Below, one piece after another: positions 40,028 through 53,475 of a stretch of DNA of 64,000 bases. Origin of the DNA: Salpingoeca rosetta (taxonomy: Eukaryota > Protista > Choanoflagellata); NCBI GenBank assembly GCA_033442325.1, contig JAWQFM010000012.1:1597793-1661792 (forward strand), given 5' to 3'. A program made the translations under genes and the position numbers. Numbering within the stretch: the first letter of the stretch is position 1; every line of letters starts with the position of its first letter. Under the pieces are notes generated by a model, which was not told the DNA's origin, ran no database searches, and saw only the letters and a program-made list of their open reading frames with translations.

Positions 40028-40858
40028 AAAGGTGCAGCTGTTGATGGGATTTGTTTGTTCTGGTTAGTTGCTCGGGGGGTTGTCAAGAAGCCGCGCGCTT
40101 GGAAGATTTGCGCGACCACATCTTCACTCACTGGGGCGCGTTATGAACCTCATGTTTGCCTCGACTTGTGTGCCAGTGTGGAGATTGACGAGGAGCCACG
40201 CGTGGGTGTTGCTGCCAGCATATTCCGTGAGTTCTGCTACAACAACCGCGACCAGCTCACAGCAGGCATCATCTGCGCCGGCTTCGACGAGCACAAGGGC
40301 GGCCAGGTATGTCCAGAGAAGGAACGTGTGTTTGTGTATGTGTGTATGTGTGTTTGAGGGATGGCCACATGCGTGCTGGGGCGGCTGTAGCTTGTCCTGT
40401 TTTCCTTTCTTCTCTCATGAACGCTGTCTGCTGCTCTTGATATTTTTCTTCTTGGCAGGTGTACTCCATCCCACTTGGCGGCCTCGTTGTCCGCCAGCCA
40501 TTTGCCATTGGCGGTAAGCCAACCCGCGAAACGTGTCTGTCTTGCACGAACCGCTACTGCTGCTGCTGCTGCTGCTGAAGACTATCATGATGGCATGCGT
40601 GCATGCATTCGCACATGTGATCACACCACATGAACACTGCCACACCACACGCATGCATCATGGGCCTGTGCCTCATTGTGGTCTTGTTCGATGTTGTGGC
40701 GCAGGGTCCGGCTCCACCTTCCTGTACGGCCACTGCGATTCCACGTTCAAGGAGGGCATGGCCAAGGACGAGTGCCTCACATTTGTTCGCAACGGTGAGC
40801 AGCAGTAGCAGCAGCAGCAGCAGCAGTCGCCGTGAATGTTCTCTGAACGACATATGCT

Positions 40859-40898
<40 letters not shown>

Positions 40899-41454
40899 GC
40901 GACGGCCGCTTGCCTTCTGGTTCCCCATGCCCTGTCATTGCCATGTCTCCTGCCTTGCTTGCTTGTGTGTGCGTGCGTGCGTGTGTTTGTTTGTTTGTTC
41001 ATCCTCCTCGCTCACATCGACGGTTTTGAAATACTGTTTCTCCCTTTCCCTCCCCCCCCCCCCTCTCTCTCCCCTCTCTGTTTTCTGGGTGTATCCAGCG
41101 CTTGCACTTGCCATGTCGCGGGATGGGTCCTCTGGTGGCGTGATCCGCACCGCCGTCATCACAAAGGACGGCGTCGAGCGCGACGTACGCTGCTTTGCTT
41201 TTGCTTTGCTTTTGCTTTGCTTTTGCTTTGCTTATGCTTTGCTTTGCTTGGTTGTTATTGTGGTTGTCGCTGGACCTGTATCTGCGTTGTATGCTTGCTT
41301 GCTTCCTTCCTTCTTTTGCTTCCTTCCTTTGCTTGTCTCGTTTTGGCTTGTTGCTCATCACACCATGCACCGCCCTGTCCTTTCTTTGTGTTTTGCTGCC
41401 ATCCACATGCAGGTGGTCCTGGGTGATGCGCTGCCCACGTTCTACCAAGGCTGA
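39176..41454 (+). CDS. PSMB6: 20S proteasome subunit beta1 (beta type-6)
   Basis: Propeptide ...[11 protein letters not shown] | mature [66 protein letters not shown]. Confidence 0.97.
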
Positions 41455-42606
41455 AGAACATCGTCGACCCTGACAGGTCCCAATGCGCGTCTGTCTGTCT
41501 CTGTGTTTGTGTCTATCTGTCTGTCTGTGTGCGTGCGTGTGTGAATGCACACCTCTACATGTGTGTGTGTGTGTGTTTCGTTGCCTGTTTGTTGTTGGAT
41601 GCACCATCCCAGGTGCGCCATCCACATTCTCCTCCAACCCCCAGCTCCAACATCAACAACAACAACCCACCCCTCCAACAACAAAACAAAACGAACCCCA
41701 ACAATTAAAACCATCGTTCCCGATTCGATGCCGCAATAAGCAGCTGTGGGTGCACTTCCAAAAAAGAAGAAGAAGAACCTCTGCTGCTGTTTTGCTTGCT
41801 TGCGTTTCTCTGTTTTTGTTGTTTTTGTCAAGTCGTCGCCGTCGCCGCGTCGTGCCACCTTCTGTCCCCCAGCACTTGCGCCTGGCACGCTTCCCTCCAC
41901 CAAACCCACCTTTGCCTTTTCGCACCCACTCTCACCCATTCCACAACAACAAAGGACACAAGCCAGCACAGACAGTGCAGCAGACGCGCCGCAAACACTG
42001 TCCATGCTGCTGCTGGTGCCTTGTGCTCGTCCTTGAGTGAAGCGCCAGCAGCGACAACACCCTTCCTTCTGTTGTTTCGTTCATTTCTTCCGCTTTCTGT
42101 GTTTTTGTTTCCCGCGCAAGTCGCATCCAATCAAAAGGTGAGCGTGACCAAAACGAGCGATGGGGGGGGGGGGGGGGGGGGGGGGGGGAGAAAAATTTTG
42201 GGGCCCAACCCCCCCAGGGGGGGGGGGTTTTTTTTTTTTTTATGGGTGGGGGTTGGCCCCCCCCTTGCCCCCCAAAAAACCCGGGGAAAAAAATTGGAAA
42301 AGGAGCCCAAAGCGGGGGCGGTTTTTTTTTTTGTGTTGTTGTATTGCGGCAGTTGTTGGGGCCCACGTTGTTGTATTGTGGCAGTTGTTGTATTGTTCTT
42401 GGTTGCGGTGCTCACGCCCATGGTGCGCAACTCTTCCCTCCGCCCTTCCTTCCACCTTCGTCCCCCAACAGTTGCGCGTGCTGGTTGACAGCTGGGCCCG
42501 TGCTTGGGGCTGAGAGCCAACCTCTCCCCCCCCCCGCCCCTCTTCCCTTCGTTTCATTCAACCACCCACTCACTCCCCAACCCATCGCCACACTCAGACA
42601 AGCAGC

Positions 42607-43223
42607 ATGGAAGAGGGTGATCGACAGCCGGCACAGGGCGGGGCAGACCCTGCCTGGGCAAGTCGCATTCGCGAGGCACAAGCAGGTACGTGCAAGCGCG
42701 AACCCGCCTTGTTGCACTGCCATCCATTGTGTGTGCAGACATAAAGGTGCGCCCTCATCGACTCCAACCCATACACAATGCACCCTCTCTCGCAGTCTTG
42801 TCTCGGCACCTTCCACACAGATCAAGCAAGGAAGAACTCGTCCAACGCAACATCCTCAAAGGTCTGCTTGCCAGTTTGTTCGCGCCTGTGTTTTGCGCAT
42901 GCGTGCGTCTGTGTGTGTGTGTGTGTGTCTGTCTGTCTGTGCGTGTCGTGTATGTTTCTGGAGCTACCAAGGCGATCCAACTCCTCTGCTTCATCTGGGT
43001 GCTCACTAAATGCACGTGGTGAACTTGATCCCGTGATGTACTCAAACAGGCTTTGGCACTGCACACAATTGCATGCCATGCAAGGCCAACTGCAACGAGC
43101 AAAGGTGAGGTTGCTGTCGANNNNNNNNNNNNNNNNNNNNNNNNNNNNNNNNNNNNNNNNNNNNNNNNNNNNNNNNNNNNNNNNNNNNNNNNNNNNNNNN
43201 NNNNNNNNNNNNNNNNNNNNCTC

Positions 43224-43272
<49 letters not shown>

Positions 43273-46053
43273 TGACTGTGTGTGTGTGTGTCTGTGTCCA
43301 CGTGTTGTCGTACGGCATCTCTACTCTATGGTTCCAAATTGTCCGCCGCTCATGCCCATCGCCCTAACTTGCGTTTTGTCGCCCATACCCGCCCCCAAAC
43401 CCAGATTGGAGACTCGTTGGAACGAAACCTTGCCAACCGACCCTCCGTCGAACAGCTCCAGAACAACAACATCCTGCGCCGTAAGTGACAACCAGCGAGC
43501 TGTGATGCGTGCTGTTTTGGACTTGTCGACCCAGCGCCCCACCTTCCTGCGAGCTTGCCATCCAAACTATCGCCGTGCTGCAACACTGCACCTGGCGATT
43601 GCTGCGCTGGCAGTTGTTTGATCCTCGCGGCTGTTGTTGGAGTTTTGGTTGTTTTTTTTCTCACAGTGTAGCTGCGGTGGTGATTGTGGTGGTGACACCC
43701 TCGCTCTGGCGTGCATGGGTTACGTAGACACATCTGCGGATCCCCATGTCGCGGAACGCGTGCAGGACATCAACAAGCACCAGCTACAGTCCCGCCTCTC
43801 CTCCCACCTCACCGCCCGCCCGCCTGTCGCAGACCTCGTGCGTTGCTCTCCCTCTCTCTCTCTCTCTCTCTTTCGTGTGCTTGCGCAAGGTCACGTCTGC
43901 AGCTCCCGCAACCCACCACACACAGCAACACACGTTCAAACAAACACACACAACACATACACACTCATACACACACATACACACGACCCCAAACACAAAC
44001 ACAAACACAAACACACACAGCACACTTGCGCTCCGTCCCCTTGTGTTTAACATTTGTTCGTTCACACTCCATGCGTCGGCTAATCCCCTGTCTCGCTCAC
44101 CCACACTCATGCACAGGTCCATCGCAACATCTTGCCTGCGGACAAGGAAGCCGCTGGCCCGCACGGCCACAGCCCGCTGGCATCCTCTGTCATATCATCC
44201 TCCACACACGCCCTGTCCCCAATGCAACAAGACCAACAAGAACAGCAATACCACCACATCGAGGGCCCGGACTTTGATGGCAATGATCTTGGTGGCGATG
44301 GCCGTTTCCCACCAACGCCGCCGCCGCCTCCAGCCACGTCTGCTGCTGCCCCGCCCACGTCCTCTTCATCCTCGTCGTCGTCCGCCTTCGCCAGCAGCCA
44401 ACAGCAGCCCATGCAGGCATCCGCGCCTATCAGCGCACGCGAGGGCAGTGCATTTCAGCCCAAGCAGCCGGTGGCCGGACAGCAGGTACGCTTGACGCCG
44501 CTCAAGGCGCCGGCAACGCTGCCCTCAAACACGCGCGTGGTGCTGGTCCCTCCCGGGCAGCAGTACATCATGGCCAACGTAACCATCGTGGGGGCGCAGC
44601 AGCAACATCAGCAGGCAACCGGCACTTCCCCCATGAGCAGCAGCGGCGGCGCAGGAGTCCCTGAAGCCAATGTGGGCCAACAAGGGATGGTGGCATCGCC
44701 AGCAACTTCCACATCAACGTCCACCACCGCCTCGACGTCCACCTCTGCCTCGGCATCGACGCCCCCCACAGCGCTGGCCACGCCCGTTGGTGATGCCGGC
44801 AGCTCGCAGCTTTCGGGCAAGGACGGCGCGAAGCGGCGGGCAACGGTTGTGCTGCAGCCGCACCACGTGATGCTTGCACCGCAGCCGGCGCCCGTGCCTC
44901 GCGACCCGCAGCACAAGCACATTGTGGACCAGGAGCTGAAGCGGTACGTGCAGGAGAACATCAAGGTTATGCGCAAGCAGTACCCCGACCAGGAGAACGA
45001 GGGCCTGGAGCAGTTTGTGGAGCAGGCGGTCTCGGAGCAAGCGCGCGCCTACCTCAAGGTGACGACGCAGCTCACTGCCGTGCAGAAGAAGGCCACCCTG
45101 CCGCACAGCGACGTGCGCGCGCGCATCAAGGCGCAAGAGCCTGCGCAGGCGCGAGCAGAGGTGCACCAGGAGCTGCAGGCGTTCCAGGCGCGCTCGGCCC
45201 TGCCGCATCGCCAAGTGCGCACGCGCCTCACGGAGCACCGCAAGTCGCAGTCTGCATCGTCCAAGGGCGCGTCGTCGTCGGCGTCGTCATCGTCGTCGTC
45301 GGCGGCGGCGGCAGCGGCCAAGGCGGCGGCAGCCAATAGGCGGCGACGTTCCCGCAAGAAGGGCGACACGCAGCGGGCGAGCCTGCGCAGTGGCAACAGG
45401 AAGGCGATGAAGCGGTTCAAGTACCACGAGTACTTGCCTGTGGACGGCGAGCCCAAGGCAGGGCGCCGGCGCAGCCACTCGTCATCCCCCATCACGTTCC
45501 TGACGTCGCCTGCAACGGACAACTCCAACCCAGCCACCCCTGATGAAGAGATGCGCGCCGTTGGTATCAAGGGCGTGTCCCCTGCAACACACATGGAGTG
45601 CGCCCCAGACACCCCGTGCGTTTCCCACTGTTTGTTTGTTTGTTTGTTTGTTTGTTTGTTTGTTTGTTTGTTTGTTTGTTTGTTTGTTTGTTTGTTTGCG
45701 CAAGTCTCCGTCCTTCACCACCTCTCGTTTGCATGTCTTCCTCACACACACACACACACACGCACACACACACACGCGCGCACGCACGCAAACCACCACC
45801 ACCGCCGCCGCATCAGGGCGAGTGCGACTGCTGCGTCCCCCGATTCCACTGCGCCTGCGCGGGACCGCAGCACGCGCCGCTCCCGCCGCCGTTCCAGTCG
45901 CCGCAGCGCCTCGAGACGGCGTGCAGGATCAGAGGCCACAAGCGCATCGCGCGCAGAGAAGCCGCCAGCGTCCCCGCCACGGTCTTCATCCGTGTCGCAC
46001 CACCACGCGGCAGCAATGCACCAGCAACATCATACGCAGCAACACCAACAAAC

Positions 46054-46092
<39 letters not shown>

Positions 46093-47785
46093 TGTTCAGC
46101 AGCACAGCCGGGCGATGCCGCCACGTGACATCTTCTCGCTCAGCTGGTCGGGCCCGGGCACCATGATGTCACAGGCCGTGCAGATGCAGGCAGCTTCGCC
46201 CATGTCGCCAGAGGATGATTCAGTGTCACCACAGCACCACCAGCACTACCCACATCCCCACCACCGGCAGCACTACCAGCAGCACCAGCAGCACTACCAG
46301 CAGCACCGCCCCGCGTCGTTGCAGCTGCCAGGACAGCCCCACCCTCACCACCGCTCATGCGATGTCACGCCCATGATCCGTTCCCCGCAAGGTGAGCTGG
46401 CGCCGGCGCCGGCGCCTTCCTGGGACATGGGGCAGTCACCAGGTGCAGTGGACAGCGAGATGCATGCGCTGATGATGCGGCACAAGCAGCAGCAAGCCAT
46501 GCTCCAACACCAGCAGATGGCTGAACAGCACATGCTGCAGCAGCGCCGCGTCATGCGGTTCCCTGCTGCTGACCTCCACCAGTCACACCACCAGGCTGCG
46601 CTTCATGGTGTCGCGAGCAGCGGACCACGCGCCGCCCGGCACCAACGCTCGCTGTCGGACGTGAGCGTGTATCCATTCCACGCCCACCACAGCCAGCACC
46701 ACACCCACGCCAACCCGGACACGGAAGCAGCACAGCTTGAGCGACCGCACACAGGCGAGACCTTGAACGTCGACAGTCATGCAGCCGGTGGTGCTGCCCA
46801 CCACCTCCAGCAGCAGCAGCAGCATCAGCATCACCAACCCGATCAGCAGCAGCAACAGCCCTGGGAGTACACACAGCAGCAGCACGACGCCACGCACGTT
46901 GCTGGGTCTCCACCGGATGTGCTGCACTTGCCGCCAAGCGATCAGCTCCTGCAACAGCCGCTCCCTCTGCAGCACCAACCACAACACGAGGCGCAAGCAC
47001 AGCAAGTACCCCTTTTCCACCAGCAGCAGTCGCAACATCTTCATCAACCGCGAGAGCAACCGCAAGAGCAGCAACCGCACCATCAAGAACAACAGCAGCC
47101 ACAACAACAGCAACAGCAGCCACAACAACAGCAGGAAAACCTTACACAGGCCACATCACCGCTGTTTGAGCTGCTGCCTGAGGAGCTGTTTCCGTTTCCG
47201 GACGATCTGGAAGGACTGGCAGACCTCACAGCACCCGACCTCCTCGACCCCTCGCTCATGCTGGACGAGCCCCAGCAGAACAGCGCCCACCAGCACCAGC
47301 AGTCAACTGATGGTGTCGGTGTACAGGCGCACTCCCCAGCCAACCCGGCCAACCCGACGGCATCAGCGGATGTTCGCCAGCAGCAGCAGCAGCAGCAGCC
47401 TGAGCCGCTGTTGTCCCTGCAGCCGCGAGCACACGACCGGAGTGCATCCTGGAGCGGCAACCCGTCATCGTTTGGCATTGACTTGTCCTCTTCTGCACAA
47501 CTTCACCACCAGCAACATCACCACCAGCAACATCAGCCCCAGCAACAGCACCAGCAACAACAGCCTACAACTGTGGATGCGTCCAGCGCCGCCACGTCAG
47601 TTGCCCCGTTGTCTGGCGGCATGTTCTCCATGGATGAGGCGGGCGATTTAGCCACTTCCCCAACTGGCCTTGACGCCCTCATCAGCGACGACCCGCTCAT
47701 CGGTGAGCGCCAGAGTTTGTGTGTGTATGTGTGTGTGCGTGTATGTGTGTGTGTGTGCGTCTATTTGTCTGTTCTGTCTGTCTGT

Positions 47786-47817
<32 letters not shown>

Positions 47818-48015
47818 CCTGTCTGTCTACCTGTTCTGTCTGTCTGTCTATGCTTCTGCATGTCTATGTGTGTGCATGTGTGTAATGTATTGTATCTTGT
47901 ATTCATGAAAAGTTCATGCATGTCTGCCTGGCTCCGTCTTGCTCGGCTCACTGATTGTGTCACTGACAATGTCCTCGTCTTTGCTGCAGGTGACTTTGCT
48001 CTATCGGGCCAATGA
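42607..48015 (+). CDS. Myocardin-related transcription factor-like protein: three RPEL motifs, B1-like SRF-binding motif, Q/H-rich and acidic C-terminus
   Basis: RPEL1 LSRHLPHRSSKEELVQRNIL, RPEL2 LERNLANRPSVEQLQNNNIL, RPEL3 LSSHLTARPPVADL|VHRNILP; KAMKRFKYHEYLP at 45401-45439. One apparent 1-nt error in exon 43050-43104, next to the gap. Confidence 0.82.
43121..43220. other. Assembly gap (100 N)
   Basis: Run of N. Confidence 1.
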
Positions 48016-49185
48016 TGGCAGTGACCCAAGTGCGCCCACAAGAAGCAAGTGTTGTCCGTGCTCCTCCTTCCCCCTGGTCCTGGCAGCTTGCAGTTGCCAG
48101 GGGTTGTGAGGATGCATGTTGTTGTTTTTCTAATCCCATCTGCTATTCCTGTCATACGTTTGCCAACGCGCAACGCTACCACGACTGGGCCCACACAGGT
48201 CGCTGCCTGCGTCCGCTGATAAGTCTCAGAGTTTTAATTGAATCCATTTTCACCTGCTTGTGCCACGTCTGTAAAGTCAGCCTTGTTGTCTTTTTTGGGT
48301 CGAGCGTGGCGCTTATTGCTTTTTCCTGCCCTTGTGTTTGCGGCCATTCCCTTGCTGTTTGTTTTCCCTTTCAGTCCCGTGTTAAACTCTAATTCCTGGA
48401 TGCGTGTGATGTGATGTGACTGCTTTCCTGTCACTTTTTTTTTTCGTTCCTCCCTCTAACTTGCTTTCGTTGCGAACCGACAACGTGTTAACTGGCTTTG
48501 TTGTAGCGGCGGCTGTTTGCGTGCCCCATTGCCCCTATTGCCGCCTGGTTTTGTGTGCTTTTGCTGACATGAATGTGCCGCGCTGTGGTCGTGGCTTCAT
48601 CTCTCTTCCCCTCCCTCTCTCTCACGCGCGCGCTCTCTCCTACGTCCCGCCCATGAATGCATGCGCCCGTTGTGCGCCCATGCTGCCTTTGACGGGGCGT
48701 AGTGTGCCCGCGTGTGACGGAGGGCGTTCCTTGCTACCTTGGACATGAATGCCAGCCCCCTTCTCTCCCTCCCCCTGTCCCCTTCTCTTCCTGTACCTCG
48801 GATGAGTAGACTTTCAACGAGAACGGCAAGATGCAAACACAGCACATGACAACAATGACGGCTTGACGGTGTGGTCACGGACACGGCTCACTGTCTGGTT
48901 GTGGATTGTGTTGAGAGGGGGGGGGGCATTTAATGCTCGAGTACTTGCGTATCTCAGTCGTTCCTGGCCAATGAGTGTAAGCAAACCGAGGCTGGGTGTG
49001 ATGCATGCATGACCCCGCATGCACAAGACAGCGACAGAACAGCAATGCAAAAGTGAACACATCGATCGTGTCACGCAGCAGTGTGTATGTACGATGATTG
49101 GACGAGCGATAACGTGACACCAAGACTGGGATGGGATGACATCTTGCTTGGGTGTGTCATGTCCAGGGCATGGTACAACACACGT

Positions 49186-51017
49186 TCACAACAACTGGTG
49201 GTGGTGGTGGTGGTGGGATTGCTGGGGATTGCTGTTGTGGTGACTTGGTGTAGTGTGTTGGGTGGCAGTGCCGGCAGGTGCAGATGATGACTGCGGCACA
49301 TCTGTTCCATCCGTATGCACCCTGGCGAGGTGATCGAACGTGTGCACCTCGTGCATGTCAATGGGTGTGTTGAGCTGCTCCAACAGCCGCAGCCACGCCT
49401 CGTCCGTTTTTGGTTGGTCGCCACTGCATCAAGTGGGCAGACGGGGAAGAGGGTGGGCAAAGGATTGCAACAGGTGAGGAGAAGGCAACACAACTCGCAC
49501 GCACGCACACTCGCATACACACGCACGCATACACACACGCATACACACATGCACACACGCATGCACACATGAGACGCACCAGAGGCAGTTTGCGAGGCAT
49601 GTGCAGAATGCGCCACACATGCAGTTGTCCCAGGGACACAACAGCTTCTTTGCGTCCTCCAACCCAAGAACAGATTGTGAGCGAAGGCGCGATTGCAATT
49701 GCAGCTGCAGCTGGTGTCGCGTGGCCCCACATCCGCCTCCATGCGGTGGTGGTGGTCGTGGTGGTGGTGTTGTTGTTGTTACTGTTGCTGCTGCTGTTGG
49801 TGGTATTGCTGCTGTTGTTACTGGTTCGTGCTGCTGCTTGACCACAAGTGACGACGGCAGGCGTTGTTGCTGCTGTTGGTGTGGATGGTGCTGGGGTTGT
49901 GATTGACAAGACTGTGGCTCGTGAATGTTGACTTGCTGTGGTTGCTGCTGCAATTGTGGCTGCAAGAGCGGCTGTGTCTGCTGCTGTGGTGCGTGCGCGA
50001 GATGAGTCGGCTGAGAAAGGTTGACGGGAGGGGCAGCAGCGTCAACTGCAGAGTCAGGTGCGTGCGGTGGCAAATCCTGGGCTGCGGTTTGCTGTTGAGT
50101 TGAGCAACAGCTACTTGACAGCCGTGCTTGCTGCTGTGCAATGTCGTCAGTAACGAAGGATGCAGGCGGGAACGAGCAAGCTGTTGTGGACAATGGGACG
50201 GTTGTGGCCGGTGGCGCTGATGGAAGCATGGAAGGGTTGGGTGACAGCGGTGCTGGACGACAGCACGCCGAGCCTTGCGCAGGCTCCGTGTGCATCGAGT
50301 CTGGGCTGAGCATGGGCGTATCGGCCTCCTTGATTGGTGTGCCCATGTGCCCACAGCACGTTGGTGTGGCCGCAGGTTGTTGTTGTTGGTGGTAGCAGTG
50401 GTCCACGAGGTCATGTTGATGCTGCTGCTCGTGATGTTCGCTGCTTTGTGCGGCTTCGCGAATCCAGTCTTCGTCCGTCTTCTCCACCGTTCCGCTGCAC
50501 ACACAACCGATGAAAGTGTCAGCAACGAGTAATCACCCCAGACAAAAAAAAAACAAGCTGTGCAATGGCACGCACACATACACACGGATGTTAGCGCGTA
50601 AGCACACACAAGCACACAAGCACACACACACACAAATGCACGCACAGAAATACATGCACACATGCACACAAATGCACGCACCACGTGCAGCTTGAATTGC
50701 AGTAGCAGGCGCCCTGGCAGTGGCAGTCCTTCCACCGACACGACTCCTCCCGGCGAAGAGCGGCCGCAAGCAGTGACAGCACCTGCTTTGGGGTCTGCGA
50801 AACCGCACTGCCCAATAGCGCCGGGTCGCCGCTGCCAAGATGCTGGTGACTGTCAATGTGGTGGTGGTGATGGTGGTGGTGGGTGGCGGTTGTGGGTGCC
50901 AGGTGTACTGGCTGTGGGGTCGCCTGCGCAGTGACGGGCATGCTGGTGGCGGCTGACAAAGCGTGAGCGTGTGGTGCCGGTGGTGCCGATGATGGCTCCT
51001 GAGACTGGGGGTATTGC

Positions 51018-51072
<55 letters not shown>

Positions 51073-51089
51073 GCTGCTGTTGTTGTTGC

Positions 51090-51135
<46 letters not shown>

Positions 51136-51350
51136 GATGCTGTGGTTGACGTTGTTGTTGTTGATGCTGTGGTTGACGTTGTTGTTGTTGATGATGTGGT
51201 TGACGTTGTTCTTGTTGCCGATGTTGTTGTTGCTGGTGGTGCTGATGTTGATGCTGTTGGACAGCAATGCGGTGGTCCGAGGCGACGAGTGACGCAAGCT
51301 TCTTGTTCATCTCCGCGACACGATTTGCACTGGCACGCCTGCCATTGGTA

Positions 51351-51390
<40 letters not shown>

Positions 51391-52516
51391 TTCGACTCGC
51401 GTGTGCACTGCCGTTGGTGTGAACAGGGTCACGGCCACTGTTCGGGCTGGTGCTGCTGCTGGTGGAGTTGCAGGTGCGGCTGGAAGCGGGCACGGCCGGG
51501 GCGGTCGCATCGTGTGCACGGCCTGTGCCAGACGCTCCGCATTGCATGTCGGCACTGGCAGNNNNNNNNNNNNNNNNNNNNNNNNNNNNNNNNNNNNNNN
51601 NNNNNNNNNNNNNNNNNNNNNNNNNNNNNNNNNNNNNNNNNNNNNNNNNNNNNNNNNNNNNGTGTTGCCAAAAGCGTTGCTTGAGTAAGGTACGGTGGAA
51701 AGCAGGACCCGTGCCTTGTGAATACCTCGAAAGCATGCAAGCACACACACACGCACGCACGCATGCATGTCAGCACCCACACGTACACGCATGCAATCAC
51801 ACGCACACGCATATGCATGCACACGTGTGTCCACTGACGCGATAGTCGCTGCTGCGGACAAAAGTGGCTGAGCATATGCAGCACTGGTACGGCCGTTCGC
51901 CAGTGTGCACGCGCTCATGGACGCGCAAGTCGGACTTTCGGGTGAAGGTGGAGGAGCAGCCTGGAAATGGGCACGGGAACGTGGTCTGCTTCCCAAAGTG
52001 GGTCTGCTGCTTGTGTCGCCATAGATTTCGCTTCTGGGGAAACATGTGTTGAGCAAAGCAATGCGGAGACAAACAAGCATGAGACCGTGGAAATGGGATC
52101 AGGAGCAGGAAGGACAGCACACCACCACGCCAAGGAGTCCGCAGGATCGGACACGACGCGAGGGAGGAGTTGTTGCAGCCGCAAGGCAACAGTCGAAAGC
52201 ATCAGAAGCCACAAACGAACATCAACCAAACGAACCAAAGTGTCACACGCACACACACACACACACACACACTAGAACCTACATGTGCATAGTCCTTCCC
52301 GCATATGTCGCATGTGAACCGAGACGATGCTGAGGATGATGACGATGTGTGTGGCGTGGCATCGTCTGATGTCGCTGTGGATCCTGTTGTAGTTGGTGTG
52401 GTTGGAACAACGGTTGCTGGTGCAGGTTGCGAGGCCGGCACTGACGACCCCGCCATGTTACACAGCAGAGACAGATATCCTACGTGTGGGTATTGCCGCT
52501 GAGTGGCTGATGGCAG

Positions 52517-52547
<31 letters not shown>

Positions 52548-52591
52548 ACTGGGAGAGGAGAGGCGCTCGTGTTGATGGATGGGATGGACAT
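49186..52591 (-). CDS. C2H2 zinc-finger transcription factor with polyQ, two Cys-rich (CxC)3 modules and His-rich segments
   Basis: [12 protein letters not shown]|[59 protein letters not shown] (rest of finger presumably in the gap). Downstream exons splice in frame to a stop at 49186 after [10 protein letters not shown]. Confidence 0.85.
51015..51230 (-). repeat. Coding (CAA/CAG)n polyglutamine tract
   Basis: (GTT)n on the + strand, in frame within the C2H2 gene. Confidence 0.9.
51562..51661. other. Assembly gap (100 N) interrupting the C2H2 gene
   Basis: Run of N. Confidence 1.
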
Positions 52592-52748
52592 GTGTAGAAC
52601 AACAAGAGTGGCTTCAAGCACAGCATGCGTTGCGTTTGGGCCAAAACGCGCGGCGCGGTGGGAAATGTAGATATTTGGTGGAAATCTTTTTATGACATTC
52701 GGCAAAGTGAGAGGAGACAAGCCAGCCAAGTCAGGCAAGCAAGACACA

Positions 52749-52934
<186 letters not shown>

Positions 52935-53056
52935 GAAAATGTACAAAGGTCAGGCAGAGCAAGAAGCAACAGCAAAAAGGCGAGGAATAACGGTTGTTGC
53001 TCGCTTGACATTGCTGTGGCGGTCGTTAGAGTCGTGTAACGTAAGAGGGCACGCTG

Positions 53057-53434
53057 CTACTGGAGAGAGCAGAACCCTGATGTGTTGGACTGTGACTTGA
53101 TGGGTTTTCGTGTCGGGGAAGCATCTGCCTGCTGTCCAAGGCTTGCCACGCTCTCGCGCTCCGCATGGCTCTGTACAGGGATGGACGTCGTCACCGCTTT
53201 CAACTGCAAGCACAATGTCGGTTGTGCATGTGTGTGTGTAAGAAGGCTGCTGCAACCCGCATGAACATGAACATGCAAGCGCACACAAACACACAAACAC
53301 GCACAAACACACACAAGCACGCGCTCACCCTGACGGCCTCCTGTTCCTGCTGGGAAACGCTCACACCGGTGATCTCCGCAATGATTTCGCGGAACATGAG
53401 CTCAATCTGGCACACACACACACACACACACACG

Positions 53435-53475
<41 letters not shown>

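Noticed and set aside
42160-42335. G/C/A/T homopolymer-rich block suggesting a G-quadruplex or foreign insert
   Set aside because: Every base appears as inflated runs after a long poly-G, typical of low-quality read sequence.
43050-43104. Frameshift in the MRTF-like RPEL1-2 linker exon (pseudogene or programmed frameshift)
   Set aside because: It lies close to a contig end; adding one base restores the 44-aa RPEL spacing, so a sequencing error is the simplest explanation.
49186-52591. Calling the C2H2 gene MTF-1
   Set aside because: Only three fingers are visible and their sequences do not match the MTF-1 six-finger array as I recall it; the gap could hide more.
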